A DNA stretch of 64,000 nucleotides from contig QZJP01000009.1 of the NCBI GenBank assembly GCA_003599345.1, positions 501 through 64,500 of the forward strand. The letters are read 5' to 3'. Both the position numbers and the translations under genes were made by a program. This DNA is from Bacillota bacterium (GTDB lineage Bacteria > Bacillota > Sulfobacillia > UBA995 > UBA9673). The notes beneath the pieces are model-generated. The model was not told the DNA's origin. It saw nothing but the letters and a program-made list of their open reading frames with translations, and ran no database searches. Shown here one piece after another: positions 44,192 through 55,140 of the stretch (position 1 is the stretch's first letter; each line of letters opens with the position of its first letter).

Positions 44192-45319
44192 ATGCCCAAC
44201 CTCCGCACTGTCGAGGTGCGACCGGACAACTCCGCCGACGTCTCCCGCTTCTCGGACTTCGTCCGGGACGGTCCGAAAGGGCACATCCTGCAGACTCTCG
44301 CCTGGGGAGACCTCAAGGCCAGAACCGGCTGGGTCCCCCTGCGCTTCCTCGTCGAGGAGTCCGGGTCCGGTGCCGTCCGGGGGGCCATCTCCGTCCTCCT
44401 GCGCCGGGTTCCCTTGCCGGGGTTTCGTCTCGAGGTCGCCTACGCCCCCCGGGGCCCGGTGGTCGACTACGAGGACGAGGAAGCCCTGGCCGAGATGGCC
44501 GGAGCGGTCGGGGCTGCCCTGAGACGCAGGGGCGCCGTCGTCCTGAAGATCGACCCCGACGTCCCCGCCTCGCGCTCCGACGTGGTCCGGCGCCTCGAAC
44601 GGCTCGGGTTCAGGCGGCTGGAGCGCGGCCTCGGCTTCGAGGGGGTCCAACCGCGGTTCGTCTTCCGGCTTCCCCTCCACCGGACGGTGGAGGACATCAT
44701 GGCCGCCTTCCAGTCGAAGACCAGGTACAACATCCGGCTGGCCGAGCGGAAGGGCGTGACTGTCCGGGTGGGGAAGTCCCTGTCCGATCTCGACACGTTC
44801 TACCGTATCCTGGAGGAGACCGCCCGGCGCGATGGGTTTCTCATCAGGGCCAAGAGCTACTACCGCGACATGTGGGAGCTGCTCGTGAAGGAGGGCCTAG
44901 CCAGGTTGTTCCTGGCCGACTACGAGGGACAGACGCTGGCCGGCGCGATCGCGTTCATCCTCGGCCCAATGTGCTGGTACGTATACGGTGCATCCTCGAG
45001 CACGCACCGCGAGGTCATGCCCAACTACCTCCTCCAGTGGACCATGATCCGCTGGGCCAAGGAGCAGGGCTGCACTCTCTACGATTTCCGGGGAGTGTCA
45101 GGACATCTCGACCCCTCCGACCCTCTCTACGGCCTCTACCGGTTCAAGAAGGGTTTCGGGGCCGAGTTCACGGAGTTCATCGGCGAATTCGACCTGGTGC
45201 TGCGTCCGGCCTGGTACCTCGTCTACGCCCACGGAGAGCCCGCCTACCGGCGCCTGAGAGCGAGACTGAGAGCCGGGGGCAGGGGCCCCGGCTCCGCCGC
45301 CGGCGCGGGCGACGGCTAG
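44192..45319 (+). CDS. FemAB-family peptidoglycan aminoacyl-tRNA transferase (FemX-like)
   Basis: 375 aa. ..HILQTLAWGDLK..GW.., ..FQSKTRYNIRLAERKGV.., ..MPNYLLQWTMIRWAKEQGCTLYDFRG.. matches the Fem/MurM family. Confidence 0.75.
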   Translation: MPNLRTVEVRPDNSADVSRFSDFVRDGPKGHILQTLAWGDLKARTGWVPLRFLVEESGSGAVRGAISVLLRRVPLPGFRLEVAYAPRGPVVDYEDEEALAEMAGAVGAALRRRGAVVLKIDPDVPASRSDVVRRLERLGFRRLERGLGFEGVQPRFVFRLPLHRTVEDIMAAFQSKTRYNIRLAERKGVTVRVGKSLSDLDTFYRILEETARRDGFLIRAKSYYRDMWELLVKEGLARLFLADYEGQTLAGAIAFILGPMCWYVYGASSSTHREVMPNYLLQWTMIRWAKEQGCTLYDFRGVSGHLDPSDPLYGLYRFKKGFGAEFTEFIGEFDLVLRPAWYLVYAHGEPAYRRLRARLRAGGRGPGSAAGAGDG

Positions 45320-45430
45320 TCCTGCCGTCGCCCCGCCCTGCCGCCTCCTCGCCCGCCTGACCGGCCGTCACGCCGGCCGTCTGTTTACCTACCTTGAGGG
45401 CCGGGGAGATTAGCGCCTGGGGGTACGGCC

Positions 45431-45766
45431 ATGGCCGGCTCGAACGGACGGTCTCACGGGGGCTCGCGAGCGGCGTCGGAGGAGTCGGTTCGGACGCTCA
45501 GCCGGCGGCTGGCGGACTACACCCAGCACATAGAGAACTTGAACATCGCCGAGTACGTCGAGTTGGTCCGGAACCCCCGCCGCATGTTCCTCCTGAACTT
45601 GCTGTCAGGCATCGGCCGCGGGTTCGGGATTGCCATAGGGTTCACCCTCCTAGGGGCCGTCGTCGTCCTCATCCTCAACCGGCTGGTGATGCTGAACCTG
45701 CCCGTCATCGGAGGGGTCATAGCGGAAATCGTCCGCATCGTCCGGTCCGATCTCGGGTCACCCTAG
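45431..45766 (+). CDS. DUF5665-like small membrane protein
   Basis: 111 aa. ..IENLNIAEYVELVRNPRRMFLLNLLSGIGRGFGIAIGFTLLGAVVV.. Confidence 0.6.
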   Translation: MAGSNGRSHGGSRAASEESVRTLSRRLADYTQHIENLNIAEYVELVRNPRRMFLLNLLSGIGRGFGIAIGFTLLGAVVVLILNRLVMLNLPVIGGVIAEIVRIVRSDLGSP

Positions 45767-45788
45767 TCCGACAGGAGGGAGTCTAGCC

Positions 45789-46571
45789 GTGGCAGATGAG
45801 GCGAGGTTCAGGCGTCTCCTCGAGGAGGAGAAACGGAGGCTTGAGGCCGGCATCAGGGCGCTCGGCGAGAGGGGGCTCAACAGGACGCTCGGCGATTCCA
45901 TCAGCGAGTTCTCTCTCTACGATAACCACCCCGCCGACGTCGGCACGGAAACCTTCGAAAGGGAGAAGGACTTCGGTCTCCGGGAGGACCAGATGACGAC
46001 CCTCGACATGGTGGAGGACGCGCTGGAGCGTCTGGATGACGGAACCTACGGCACGTGCGTCGGGTGCGGTCGGCCCATACCGGACGAGCGGCTGGAGGCG
46101 GTGCCTTGGACCAGCCGCTGCGTCCGGTGCGAGGAAGCCGTCGAGGAACAGGAAGCCAGGGACTGGCGGCGACCTCCGGAGGAGGATGTGCGCCCCGCGT
46201 TCTCAAGCTTCAACGACAGCGATCCAAGCGAGCCGGTCGAGTTCGACGGGGAGGATGCCTGGCAGGCCGTCGCCCGGTACGGGACCTCGAACGCGCCGTC
46301 GGACGTGCCCCCGGCCAGGGACTACGGTGAGACCTACGTGGGTGCGGGAGACGAGCGCGGGGGTGCGGACCGCATGGACCTCGTCCCGGACTCATCGTTC
46401 GACCCAGGCCGGGTAGGCGAGGAGGGCACTCTCTCCTACGAGGACGAGCGGATTGTGTCCTCGGCGACCGGTCGTGGGCCCGCCCGTGAAGGGCCCGGCG
46501 AGACGGGGCGAACCAAGCGACGGGGCAGGAGGGCCGCCGAGAAGGCTCGAAAGACTCGCCCCGAGCCGTGA
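45789..46571 (+). CDS. TraR/DksA-family C4 zinc-finger protein (YteA/YlyA-like sporulation protein)
   Basis: ..EFSLYDNHPADVGTETFEREKD..ALERLDDGTYGTCVGCGRPIPDERLEAVPWTSRCVRCEE. Sits upstream of lspA, as ylyA does in B. subtilis. Long acidic/Pro-rich C-terminal extension. Confidence 0.8.
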   Translation: MADEARFRRLLEEEKRRLEAGIRALGERGLNRTLGDSISEFSLYDNHPADVGTETFEREKDFGLREDQMTTLDMVEDALERLDDGTYGTCVGCGRPIPDERLEAVPWTSRCVRCEEAVEEQEARDWRRPPEEDVRPAFSSFNDSDPSEPVEFDGEDAWQAVARYGTSNAPSDVPPARDYGETYVGAGDERGGADRMDLVPDSSFDPGRVGEEGTLSYEDERIVSSATGRGPAREGPGETGRTKRRGRRAAEKARKTRPEP

Positions 46572-47158
46572 GAGGGCGGGTGGACCTGGCGGTCCAGGAG
46601 AACCGCCCTCCGGAGGAGGGGGAGTCCGGAGACGTGAGCCCCGGACATGCGAGCGCGGACGAGACACCACGCCTTGCCGGAGCACCCGGCTGGCTACCGC
46701 GCGCGGCGTTGGTGTGGGGCATAGCCCTCCTGTGGCTCGCCCTGGACCTGGCCACGAAGGCCTGGGCCCTCAGAACCCTGGCCGCGGGCGAGCTCGAGAT
46801 AGTCCCGGAGCTCCTATGGTTCAACCTGGCGCGAAACCCGGGCGCGGCGTTCGGCCTCTTTCCCGGCGGGCGCGGCTTCTTCATCGGCATCTCTCTCGTC
46901 CTGATGACCGTAGGGCTGTGGGCTCCGTCGGTCATGGGCGAGCGCACGAGTCTCGGCCACGTGGGCCTCGGCCTGGTCTTGGGCGGGGCCGCGGGGAACT
47001 TCTACGACCGCGTCTTCAGGGGCGGGGAGGTCATCGACTTCATAGACGTGAGAGTCTGGCCGGTCTTCAACCTCGCCGACACCGGGATCGTGGTCGGAAC
47101 CGTCCTGGTTTCCCTCTACCTCATCGGTCTAGAGCGCCGGAAGGGCCTGTCCCCGTGA
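46568..47158 (+). CDS. lspA: Lipoprotein signal peptidase (signal peptidase II) LspA
   Basis: ..DLATKAWA.., ..NPGAAFG.., ..NFYDRV..G.VIDFI.., ..FNLADTGIVVG... The N-terminal ~35 aa are uncertain. Confidence 0.85.
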   Translation: MRGRVDLAVQENRPPEEGESGDVSPGHASADETPRLAGAPGWLPRAALVWGIALLWLALDLATKAWALRTLAAGELEIVPELLWFNLARNPGAAFGLFPGGRGFFIGISLVLMTVGLWAPSVMGERTSLGHVGLGLVLGGAAGNFYDRVFRGGEVIDFIDVRVWPVFNLADTGIVVGTVLVSLYLIGLERRKGLSP

Positions 47159-48273
47159 TTCCCCCTGTCCCTCCGCGGGACCGCTATCCCCCTCAGGTTT
47201 CCCGGGTCGTGGAGCCGGTCGAGACGGATGAGCCCGAAGACCTCAACGAGGACGAGGCCGGAGAGCACCGGCAGACCACGGTCGAATTCGACGTGGAGCC
47301 GGTCAACAGCGGCGCCAGGGTCGACGCCTTCCTGGCTTCGAGGCGCGACTTGGGACTGTCGAGATCCCACGTCCAGAGACTGATAGCCGACGGTCTGGTG
47401 ACGGTCGACGGCGAGGCGGTGAAGGCCAGCTACCGGGTGGAGCCTGGAGACCGCGTCCGGGTGGAGGTCCCGCTGCCCGAGCCCCTGGAGGCCGAGCCTG
47501 AGGAGATACCACTCGACATCGTCTATGAGGACGAGCATCTCGTGGTCGTCAACAAGGCCAGGGGGATGGTCGTCCATCCCGCTCCAGGGCACTACCGCGG
47601 CACTCTGGTGAACGCTCTCTTGGCTCATTGCGACCGGCTCTCCGGCATCGCCGGGGTGTGCCGGCCTGGAATCGTCCACAGGCTCGACCGGGACACGAGC
47701 GGGGTCATGGTTGTGGCCAAGACCGACCTCGCTCACCGCTCGCTGGCCGAGCAAATCAAGTCGAGAACGGCGCACCGGCGCTATCTGGCGCTGGTACACG
47801 GAGACGTGGCCGCCGACGAGGGGACCATTGAATCGCGCATCGGGCGTGACCCGGTGAACCGGAAGAAGATGGCCGTCCTACGGGAAGGAGGGCGGGAGGC
47901 TGTGACCCACTACCGGACCCTGGAGAGGTTCACCGACTTCACCCTGGTCGAGTGCGCCCTGCGCACCGGCCGGACCCACCAGATACGGGTTCATATGAGC
48001 CACATCGGCCACCCCGTCGCCGGTGACCCCGTCTACGGCCCTCGGCGGCCCACACGCTTCAGGCGCGAGATGGCGCAGGCCATGGCCGTCGAGAGCGACG
48101 AGCCCTACCCGGCCGGTATCGCGGCCCTCGAAGGGCAGGCCCTTCACGCCTACCGGCTGTCGTTCCGGCACCCCGCGACCGGTGAGGCCGTCGAGTTCGA
48201 GGCGCAGATGCCCCGCGACATGAGACGGGCCCTCGAGGAACTCAGAAGGAGAGGCCCACTCGGGGTGGGGTAG
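47155..48273 (+). CDS. rluD: 23S rRNA pseudouridine synthase RluD
   Basis: GTG 47155 overlaps the lspA stop (GTGA). S4 domain ..RVDAFLA..SRSHVQRLI..G.VTVDG.., catalytic ..HRLDRDTSGVMVVAK.., ..GRTHQIRVH... The track ORF from 46453 runs through ylyA/lspA in another frame. Confidence 0.9.
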   Translation: MIPPVPPRDRYPPQVSRVVEPVETDEPEDLNEDEAGEHRQTTVEFDVEPVNSGARVDAFLASRRDLGLSRSHVQRLIADGLVTVDGEAVKASYRVEPGDRVRVEVPLPEPLEAEPEEIPLDIVYEDEHLVVVNKARGMVVHPAPGHYRGTLVNALLAHCDRLSGIAGVCRPGIVHRLDRDTSGVMVVAKTDLAHRSLAEQIKSRTAHRRYLALVHGDVAADEGTIESRIGRDPVNRKKMAVLREGGREAVTHYRTLERFTDFTLVECALRTGRTHQIRVHMSHIGHPVAGDPVYGPRRPTRFRREMAQAMAVESDEPYPAGIAALEGQALHAYRLSFRHPATGEAVEFEAQMPRDMRRALEELRRRGPLGVG

Positions 48274-48299
48274 CCAGGCCTCTGGCCCGGTGGGCTGCC

Positions 48300-48770
48300 C
48301 TAGCCGCGGGGTGGCTCCTCGGCCTCCACCTCGCACCGCCAGGTCGGCCTGGCCCTCAGTGAGTGCCCGACGCTGCAGTATCTCTCCATCGACATCTCCG
48401 CGGCGCGTTCTAGGCTGGGGCCTGCGTCCGGAGCGGCCTTTAGCCGGTAAGTGACCTCCACCTTGGTGAAGTACTTGGGGTGTTCGGGTGCCCTCTCGCC
48501 GACGACGTCGATGTGAAGACCGGTGAACGGGACCCTCATCTTCTGGAGAAGGCTGATGACGTCCAGGCCGGTGCAAGCCCCCGCGGCGACCAGTAGCAGT
48601 TCAGTGGGCTTGGGACCGGCCGCCGGAGCGTTCGCTCCTCCTGCCGGGGGCCGCGGGACGCCGGCGGCGGTCTCGCCCGGGGCGAAGTTCACGAGAACGG
48701 GCGCGCCCGTGTCCCCGAAACCCACAAAACGCCTGTCGCCATGCCAACTCAAGGTCACTCTGGTCGTCAC
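48300..48770 (-). CDS. OsmC/Ohr-family protein
   Basis: 156 aa. Two conserved Cys contexts, ..LLLVAAGACTGLDV.. and ..MERYCSVGHSL.. Confidence 0.75.
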   Translation of the reverse strand: MTTRVTLSWHGDRRFVGFGDTGAPVLVNFAPGETAAGVPRPPAGGANAPAAGPKPTELLLVAAGACTGLDVISLLQKMRVPFTGLHIDVVGERAPEHPKYFTKVEVTYRLKAAPDAGPSLERAAEMSMERYCSVGHSLRARPTWRCEVEAEEPPRG

Positions 48771-48963
48771 GCCGAGACCCCCCGGTCAGAATCGTCAGGT
48801 GTAAGGTAGAGTTTTCCCAACCCCGCCCGGCATCCCTCCCTGAGACCGGCCGCCGACGGCCTGCCCAAGACGAAGCCCGCCGGCCTCGCGCTCGTCAGGA
48901 TTCCCCCTGTCGCGTGGCCTGAAGGAGAACGCGTGTTCGGGTCGAACTCCCTGGCGAAAGGAG

Positions 48964-49455
48964 TTGAGGCTCGTGCCTGGCATGGCCGAGGTCTACGGGT
49001 GGGTCAGGGAAACGAGGAAAGGGCTTCTCGAGTGGTGCGCGTCGCTCCCGGCCGACGTCTATCTCCAAGAGCGGGACGAGTTCGGGTGGGGGTCGATCAG
49101 GAACACGCTTATTCACACGGCCGACTGCTATCGGTTCTGGCTGGCCGAGGAGGCTCTGGGGCGGGGGATGGACAGGTTCGACCCGTCCACTCACCCCGAC
49201 GCGCAGTCGGCGTTCGCGCTCTTTGGGAAGGTGGACGACATCGTCGCCGCCTTCATCGCCGAGTTCCCCCGGGAGGAGCTCGGGCGGTCGCTGGTTCGTC
49301 AGGTGCGGTGGCAACCTGAGCCTCTCGTTATAAGCCCGCTTTGGCTGTTGGCTCACACTGTCACCCACGAGTTCCACCATAAAGGGCAGATTGTGACCAT
49401 GGGGCGCATCCTGGGGAAACCGGCTCCGGAGACCGACCTCTGGATACCCGGCTAG
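48964..49455 (+). CDS. DinB-family (DUF664-like) four-helix metalloprotein
   Basis: ..WGSIRNTLIHTADCYRFWL.. and ..LLAHTVTHEFHHKGQIVTMGR.. His-triad pattern. The start may be GTG 48973. Confidence 0.7.
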   Translation: MRLVPGMAEVYGWVRETRKGLLEWCASLPADVYLQERDEFGWGSIRNTLIHTADCYRFWLAEEALGRGMDRFDPSTHPDAQSAFALFGKVDDIVAAFIAEFPREELGRSLVRQVRWQPEPLVISPLWLLAHTVTHEFHHKGQIVTMGRILGKPAPETDLWIPG

Positions 49456-49476
49456 TACGGCTTTGACTGGGCGGGT

Positions 49477-50520
49477 CTAGCGGTTACCTGAAGTCGAGGA
49501 TGACGACCCGCCGCTCGAGAAGCTGCGTCGCAAGGTCTCGATGAAGGCTTGGAAGTTGGCCGGGCCTTTCTTGTGGGCCTCGTTCATCTTCCGCCTGACG
49601 GATTCGGCCCTGGCGGTCTCGCCCATGTTGAGGAAATGCGTCAAGGCGAGGTGGTAGAGGTTCCCCGCCACCTCCGGGCCGCCGCCGGCACCGTCGAGCC
49701 GGGCTTTGTAGTCGCCCTCGGTCTCGTACGACTCGCCTTCAGCGAGCAACGCCCGTCGTTCGGCTTCCTCGTCCCCACTGAGCTTGTAGAGCTGGCGCAA
49801 GGACTTCAGTAGCCAACGCACGAGATGGTACTCCCGGGCCTTGACGAACGTCATCATGGCCTTCTCGAGGTCCTTGACAAGCTTGCCGCGTTGCTCCGGC
49901 GTGAGAGTCTCGGCCAGCCCCATCAAGGCCTCCGCGACCCTGGGGACGTACATGGTGGTCGAGGAGTTGCACATCCTGTCGATGAGAGCCAGGGCCGCGT
50001 CTCGCGTCGGGAAGAGGAGCTCCGGAACCCTGAACTGCCTGGCCAGGACACAGGCCCGGCGCATGGCCCGGAAGGCGCTGTTCCCGTCGCCGCGCCCGGC
50101 CGCCAGGCGGGCGCAATCGACGTAGGCCTTGACTGCCGCCTGTCCCGCTTCCCGGTCCCGGAACTTGTCCCACAGGAAGTCCGAATACCTGGCCTTGTGT
50201 AGAGGGTTGGTCGTCTCGGCGGCCCGCGCCTTGAGGTACTGCTGGGTGTGGGGTGGGAGGGAGTAGAAGTCGGGATAAGGAGAACCGTCCGACCGCGAGT
50301 ACCTGGGGCCGAAGTAACCGCCGGTATCGAAAGACTCCGTCTCGCGGAACGCGAAGACCAGACCTTGGAGCCGCGCGTGGGCGGCCTCGTCGAGTTCCCC
50401 GGAAGAAGCGAGCATGTCCGCGGCCCTCATGAACGCTTCGCTTCTCGCGGATGCCAGCGCATAGGTCGCCCCGGTATCCGACTCGATTCGTTCGAGCAGC
50501 TCCGTGGCCCGTCGGGACAT
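49477..50520 (-). CDS. Hypothetical all-alpha protein (no family recognised)
   Basis: 347 aa from the ATG at 50520, preceded by a strong SD (AAGGAGGGGGA). Helical-repeat-like sequence ..NPLHKARYSDFLWDKFRD.., Ser-rich tail. The 416-aa track ORF starts further upstream without an SD. Confidence 0.6.
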   Translation of the reverse strand: MSRRATELLERIESDTGATYALASARSEAFMRAADMLASSGELDEAAHARLQGLVFAFRETESFDTGGYFGPRYSRSDGSPYPDFYSLPPHTQQYLKARAAETTNPLHKARYSDFLWDKFRDREAGQAAVKAYVDCARLAAGRGDGNSAFRAMRRACVLARQFRVPELLFPTRDAALALIDRMCNSSTTMYVPRVAEALMGLAETLTPEQRGKLVKDLEKAMMTFVKAREYHLVRWLLKSLRQLYKLSGDEEAERRALLAEGESYETEGDYKARLDGAGGGPEVAGNLYHLALTHFLNMGETARAESVRRKMNEAHKKGPANFQAFIETLRRSFSSGGSSSSTSGNR

Positions 50521-50886
50521 CTCGTCCCCCTCCTTGCCGGCGCGATCCTCCAGGACACCTCGGGTCCCGGGCCCCGGGATGCCGCTGGTAACCGTACATG
50601 CTTCTTCCGCCCGAGTCGGATTCCTCCGTCGGGCCCGCTGCAACCGGAATCTGCTCCTCGTCTCCGCCGTCCTAAGGGGGCGTGGCTTTACGAGGGGTGT
50701 CGGTTCCGGATCGCGGCTGCCCTGCACGCTGCCTGAAACCTTGCGGAGCGGACCCCGGCCGTGACGGCACTCGGGGAAAGGGATCTCGGGCGGCTTTCCC
50801 GTGTCAAGTCACCTAAGAAAGTAACCGAAGGCGTTTCCTTGACAAGCCCCTCGAGGCCTTATTACACTGGTAGCAGCCAGGACGCA

Positions 50887-51660
<774 letters not shown>

Positions 51661-51683
51661 GTCAGGGGAGTACAGAGATGACA

Positions 51684-51776
51684 CCCTTTAAGGGCCGGTC
51701 CGGTGAGGCCGGCAAGGGACACGTAGGAACGCGGGCCTCGGACCGCCGCGGCGGTCTCGGGGTCTTTGTTCTTTTC
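51684..51776 (+). promoter_or_regulatory. PyrR-dependent transcription attenuator 2 (binding loop + terminator)
   Basis: Binding loop CCCUUUAAGGGCCGGUCCGGUGAGGCCGGCAAGGG (51684-51718). GC-rich hairpin 51736-51762 with one bulge, followed by TCTTTGTTCTTTTC. Confidence 0.7.
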
Positions 51777-51791
51777 GGGGAGTGAAGGATC

Positions 51792-52814
51792 TTGGGACTC
51801 AGACGCAAGGACATCCTGACCCTTGAGGACATGGATGTCGAAGAGATGACGACGGTCCTCGACACGGCCGAGTCACTCAAGGAGATCCTCAGCCGCGACA
51901 TCAAGAAGGTTCCCACGCTCAGGGGCAAGTCGGTCCTGACCCTCTTCTACGAGGCCTCTACCAGGACTCGAACGTCCTTCGAACTCGCGGGGAAGTACAT
52001 GAGCGCCGATACGGTCAACATAGCCACTACGACGTCGGCCGTGGTCAAGGGGGAGACACTCAAGGACACGGCCTGGAACGTGGAAGCCATGGGCATCGAC
52101 TGCATCGTGATGCGCCATCCGGTCGCCGGGGCTCCTCACTTCCTAGCCCGCCTGTGCCAGGCGTCGGTCATCAACGCGGGGGACGGGATGCACGAGCACC
52201 CGACTCAGGGCCTCCTCGACATGTTCAGCATCCGGGAACGGAAGGGCAGGCTGGTGGGGCTCAAGGTCGCCATCATCGGGGACATCCTGCACAGCCGGGT
52301 GGCCCGGTCGGACATCTGGGGCCTCGGCAAGATGGGCGCGGAAGTGTGGGTGGCGGGTCCTCCGACCCTGGTTCCCCCCGAAGTTGAGCGAATGGGACCG
52401 GCCTTTGGAGGCCGGCTGCGGGCGACCCACAGGGTGGACGAGGCCATCGAGGGCGCGGACGTGGTCATGGTGCTCAGGCTGCAGCTGGAGAGGCAGAAGA
52501 AGGGGCTCTTCCCGAGCATCCGCGAGTACTCGCGGGTGTTCGGGGTTAACCGGGCCAGGTTGGCCCTAGCCAAGGATGATTTCATCCTCATGCACCCAGG
52601 GCCGATGAACCGGGGGGTGGAGATCGCCTCCGACGTAGCGGACGCGGACTACTCCGTCATCCTCGAGCAGGTCACCAACGGGGTGGCCGTGAGGATGGCC
52701 ATCCTCTACCTGCTCTTGGGTGGGTCTGAATCTCCGGTCCAGGCGGTCGCCGGCCCGAGCGGCGGTGGCCCTACAGGGGCTAGAGGACCCGGCGGGGGAG
52801 GGGATCAGAGATGA
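51792..52814 (+). CDS. pyrB: Aspartate carbamoyltransferase catalytic subunit PyrB
   Basis: ..[13 protein letters not shown].., ..HPTQGLLD.., ..[11 protein letters not shown]... Gly/Pro-rich C-terminal tail. Confidence 0.95.
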   Translation: MGLRRKDILTLEDMDVEEMTTVLDTAESLKEILSRDIKKVPTLRGKSVLTLFYEASTRTRTSFELAGKYMSADTVNIATTTSAVVKGETLKDTAWNVEAMGIDCIVMRHPVAGAPHFLARLCQASVINAGDGMHEHPTQGLLDMFSIRERKGRLVGLKVAIIGDILHSRVARSDIWGLGKMGAEVWVAGPPTLVPPEVERMGPAFGGRLRATHRVDEAIEGADVVMVLRLQLERQKKGLFPSIREYSRVFGVNRARLALAKDDFILMHPGPMNRGVEIASDVADADYSVILEQVTNGVAVRMAILYLLLGGSESPVQAVAGPSGGGPTGARGPGGGGDQR

Positions 52815-54163
52815 AGCTCATCATCAGAGGCGGACTGGTCGTCGATCCGGTCGGCGGTAAGGCTGAGATCAGCGACGTTGTGGTGGAGGACGGCCGCGTG
52901 ATGGCCGTCGGACGGGCCGCGGGAGGCGACAAGGCTCCGGGGCCGGGCGCGCCCGGCGGCGCCCGGGGAAGCGCACGCGATGACCGGACCACGGTCGTCG
53001 TTGACGCGTCGGGGAAGGTTGTCCTGCCAGGCCTGATCGACTCTCATGTCCACCTGCGAGAACCGGGCCAGGAGCACAAGGAGGACATCGCCTCAGGGAG
53101 CGCGGCCGCCGCTCTCGGAGGGTTCACGACCGTCGCGGCCATGCCCAACACAGACCCCGTCATAGACAGCCGCACGGGTGTGGAGTTCATCCTGAAGAGG
53201 GCCGGGGAGGTCGGCCTGGTCAACGTCCTGCCGGTGGGAGCGGTGACCAAGGCACAGAAAGGCCAGGAACTCGCGGAACTCGGCGAGATGGCCGCCGCCG
53301 GCGCAGTGGCTTTCTCGGACGACGGGCACCCCGTGTCGAGCGCCGAGATCATGCGCTGCGCTCTGGAATACGCCAAGACGTTCGAGCGGCCCGTGCTCGA
53401 TCACTGCGAGGACCTCGACCTGGTGAACGAGGGGGTCATGAACCAGGGCTATTGGGCTACGGTTCTCGGTCTCAGAGGCATCCCGGCCGCGGCCGAGGAA
53501 GTGATGGTCGCCCGCGACATCATTCTGGCCGCCATGACCGGAGGACGGCTTCACCTGACCCACCTGTCCACGGCGGGATCGATGGAGCTCCTCCGGAGGG
53601 CGAAGGACCGCGGCCTGAACGTGACGGCCGACGTGACCCCCCACCACCTGTCGCTGACCGACGAGGCCGTCCGGACCCTAGACTACGATACCAGCACGAA
53701 GGTCAACCCGCCTCTCCGCTCGGAAAGCGACCGCGGGGCGCTCCTCGCCGCGGTGAGAGACGGGACCGTTGACATTGTCGCTACCGATCACGCTCCACAT
53801 CACTTCGACGACAAGGACGTTGAGTACAACTACGCCGCCTTCGGCATGGTCGGCCTGGAGACCGCGGTGGGGCTCATCGTGACCAACCTCGTGGGCCCCG
53901 GCTACCTGGACTGGGTCGGCATGGCCCGGCTCATGAGCCTGAACCCGGCGCGGCTGCTCGGGCTCGAGACCAAGGGCCTCCTCAGGGTCGACGCCGACGC
54001 GGACGTCACCATAGTGGACCCCAAGGCGGAATGGACCGTGGACCCCGACAGGTTCGCCTCCAAGGGGCGCAACACACCGTTCGCGGGGATGAGGCTCCGC
54101 GGGCGTGTGACGGAGACCGTAGTCGGCGGTCGCCTCGTGGTCTCGGGCGGCAAACTCATCTAG
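52811..54163 (+). CDS. pyrC: Dihydroorotase PyrC
   Basis: ..[14 protein letters not shown].., ..AFSDDG.., ..VATDHAPH.. amidohydrolase motifs. ATGA overlap with pyrB. Confidence 0.95.
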   Translation: MKLIIRGGLVVDPVGGKAEISDVVVEDGRVMAVGRAAGGDKAPGPGAPGGARGSARDDRTTVVVDASGKVVLPGLIDSHVHLREPGQEHKEDIASGSAAAALGGFTTVAAMPNTDPVIDSRTGVEFILKRAGEVGLVNVLPVGAVTKAQKGQELAELGEMAAAGAVAFSDDGHPVSSAEIMRCALEYAKTFERPVLDHCEDLDLVNEGVMNQGYWATVLGLRGIPAAAEEVMVARDIILAAMTGGRLHLTHLSTAGSMELLRRAKDRGLNVTADVTPHHLSLTDEAVRTLDYDTSTKVNPPLRSESDRGALLAAVRDGTVDIVATDHAPHHFDDKDVEYNYAAFGMVGLETAVGLIVTNLVGPGYLDWVGMARLMSLNPARLLGLETKGLLRVDADADVTIVDPKAEWTVDPDRFASKGRNTPFAGMRLRGRVTETVVGGRLVVSGGKLI

Positions 54164-54177
54164 GCGGGGCGGGGAGC

Positions 54178-55140
54178 ATGGGTGTTTCGGACAACAAGGG
54201 GACGTGGCGGGGCCGGGCCGAGGTCACCGATAGCCGTAGGCTCGCTCCTTCGGGTCCCGCAGCGGGCTATTCTGAGTCTAACCAGGCACGGAGCTACCAC
54301 CGCCTGGGCCTCAAGGCCCCCGAGGTCGCGGGACGGGTCCGCCCGGGGCAGTTCCTTCACGTTCTGTGTCCACCGGGGGACCCCCGGGGGCACTCCCCTG
54401 GCCGTCCTCTCCTACGGAGGCCGCTTAGCGTGCACGATGCCGACCCCCAGGCCGGCACGGTCGAGATGCTGTTCGAAGTGAGAGGACCCGGGACGGCCGC
54501 GCTGGCGGCTACCCTGCCTGGAGACGTCCTCGACGTGGTCGGCCCGTTAGGAGGCGGCTGTTTTCCCGTTTCCGGCGACGACAGGCCGTCCGGCGCGACG
54601 GCCGGTCGGACGCCGCCCGAGCCCCGGAGCCTGACGGCGATACTTGTCGGAGGCGGGGTCGGGCTGGCCCCGCTCCTGCTCCTCGCCAGGGTCCTGGGCA
54701 CGGCAAGGGCCCGCGTGCGTGTGTTGGCGGGGGTAGCCTCGCGAGCCGACCTTGTCCTCGTCGAGCCGTTCTACGCCCTGCCGGGCCTGTCAGGCCTGGT
54801 CGTGGCGACCGAGGAGAGAACGGCGGGGGCCGAGCCCGGTCTAGTCGCCGACCTTCTGGCAAGAGAACTCTCGGAGCTGCCGGGGCTCCGGGGCGTGGAC
54901 CCCGGCCCCGTCGTGGTCTACGCCTGCGGGCCCAGGCCCATGCTGCGGGAAGTGTCAAGGCTCGCGCGGGGGGCCGGGGTGGAGGCGTGGGTGTCGGTGG
55001 AGGAGAGGATGGCCTGTGGTGTGGGCGCGTGCCGCGGGTGCGCGGTGCGTACGACCGGGCGCCCGCCCTACAGGCTCGTCTGCCGGGATGGGCCGGTCTT
55101 TGCGGCAGGGGAGATCGATTGGGGCGGAGCTGAGCCATGA
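54178..55140 (+). CDS. pyrK: Dihydroorotate dehydrogenase electron-transfer subunit PyrK
   Basis: ATG 54178 follows GGGGAG. FAD/NAD-binding fold and C-terminal 2Fe-2S motif MACGVGACRGCAV..C. The track ORF start 54031 lies inside pyrC. Confidence 0.85.
   Translation: MGVSDNKGTWRGRAEVTDSRRLAPSGPAAGYSESNQARSYHRLGLKAPEVAGRVRPGQFLHVLCPPGDPRGHSPGRPLLRRPLSVHDADPQAGTVEMLFEVRGPGTAALAATLPGDVLDVVGPLGGGCFPVSGDDRPSGATAGRTPPEPRSLTAILVGGGVGLAPLLLLARVLGTARARVRVLAGVASRADLVLVEPFYALPGLSGLVVATEERTAGAEPGLVADLLARELSELPGLRGVDPGPVVVYACGPRPMLREVSRLARGAGVEAWVSVEERMACGVGACRGCAVRTTGRPPYRLVCRDGPVFAAGEIDWGGAEP

Noticed and set aside
46453-47154. Long N-terminal extensions of track ORFs: rluD from 46453, ftsZ from 22374, mraZ from 5507, ftsW from 14365, pyrK from 54031, pyrF from 56029, nrdJ from 32522, the PHP gene to 63868 and the hypothetical gene to 50727.
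   Set aside because: The extensions run through the upstream gene in another frame, lack SD sequences and translate to low-complexity sequence. Internal starts with an SD and stop/start overlap fit the conserved N-termini.
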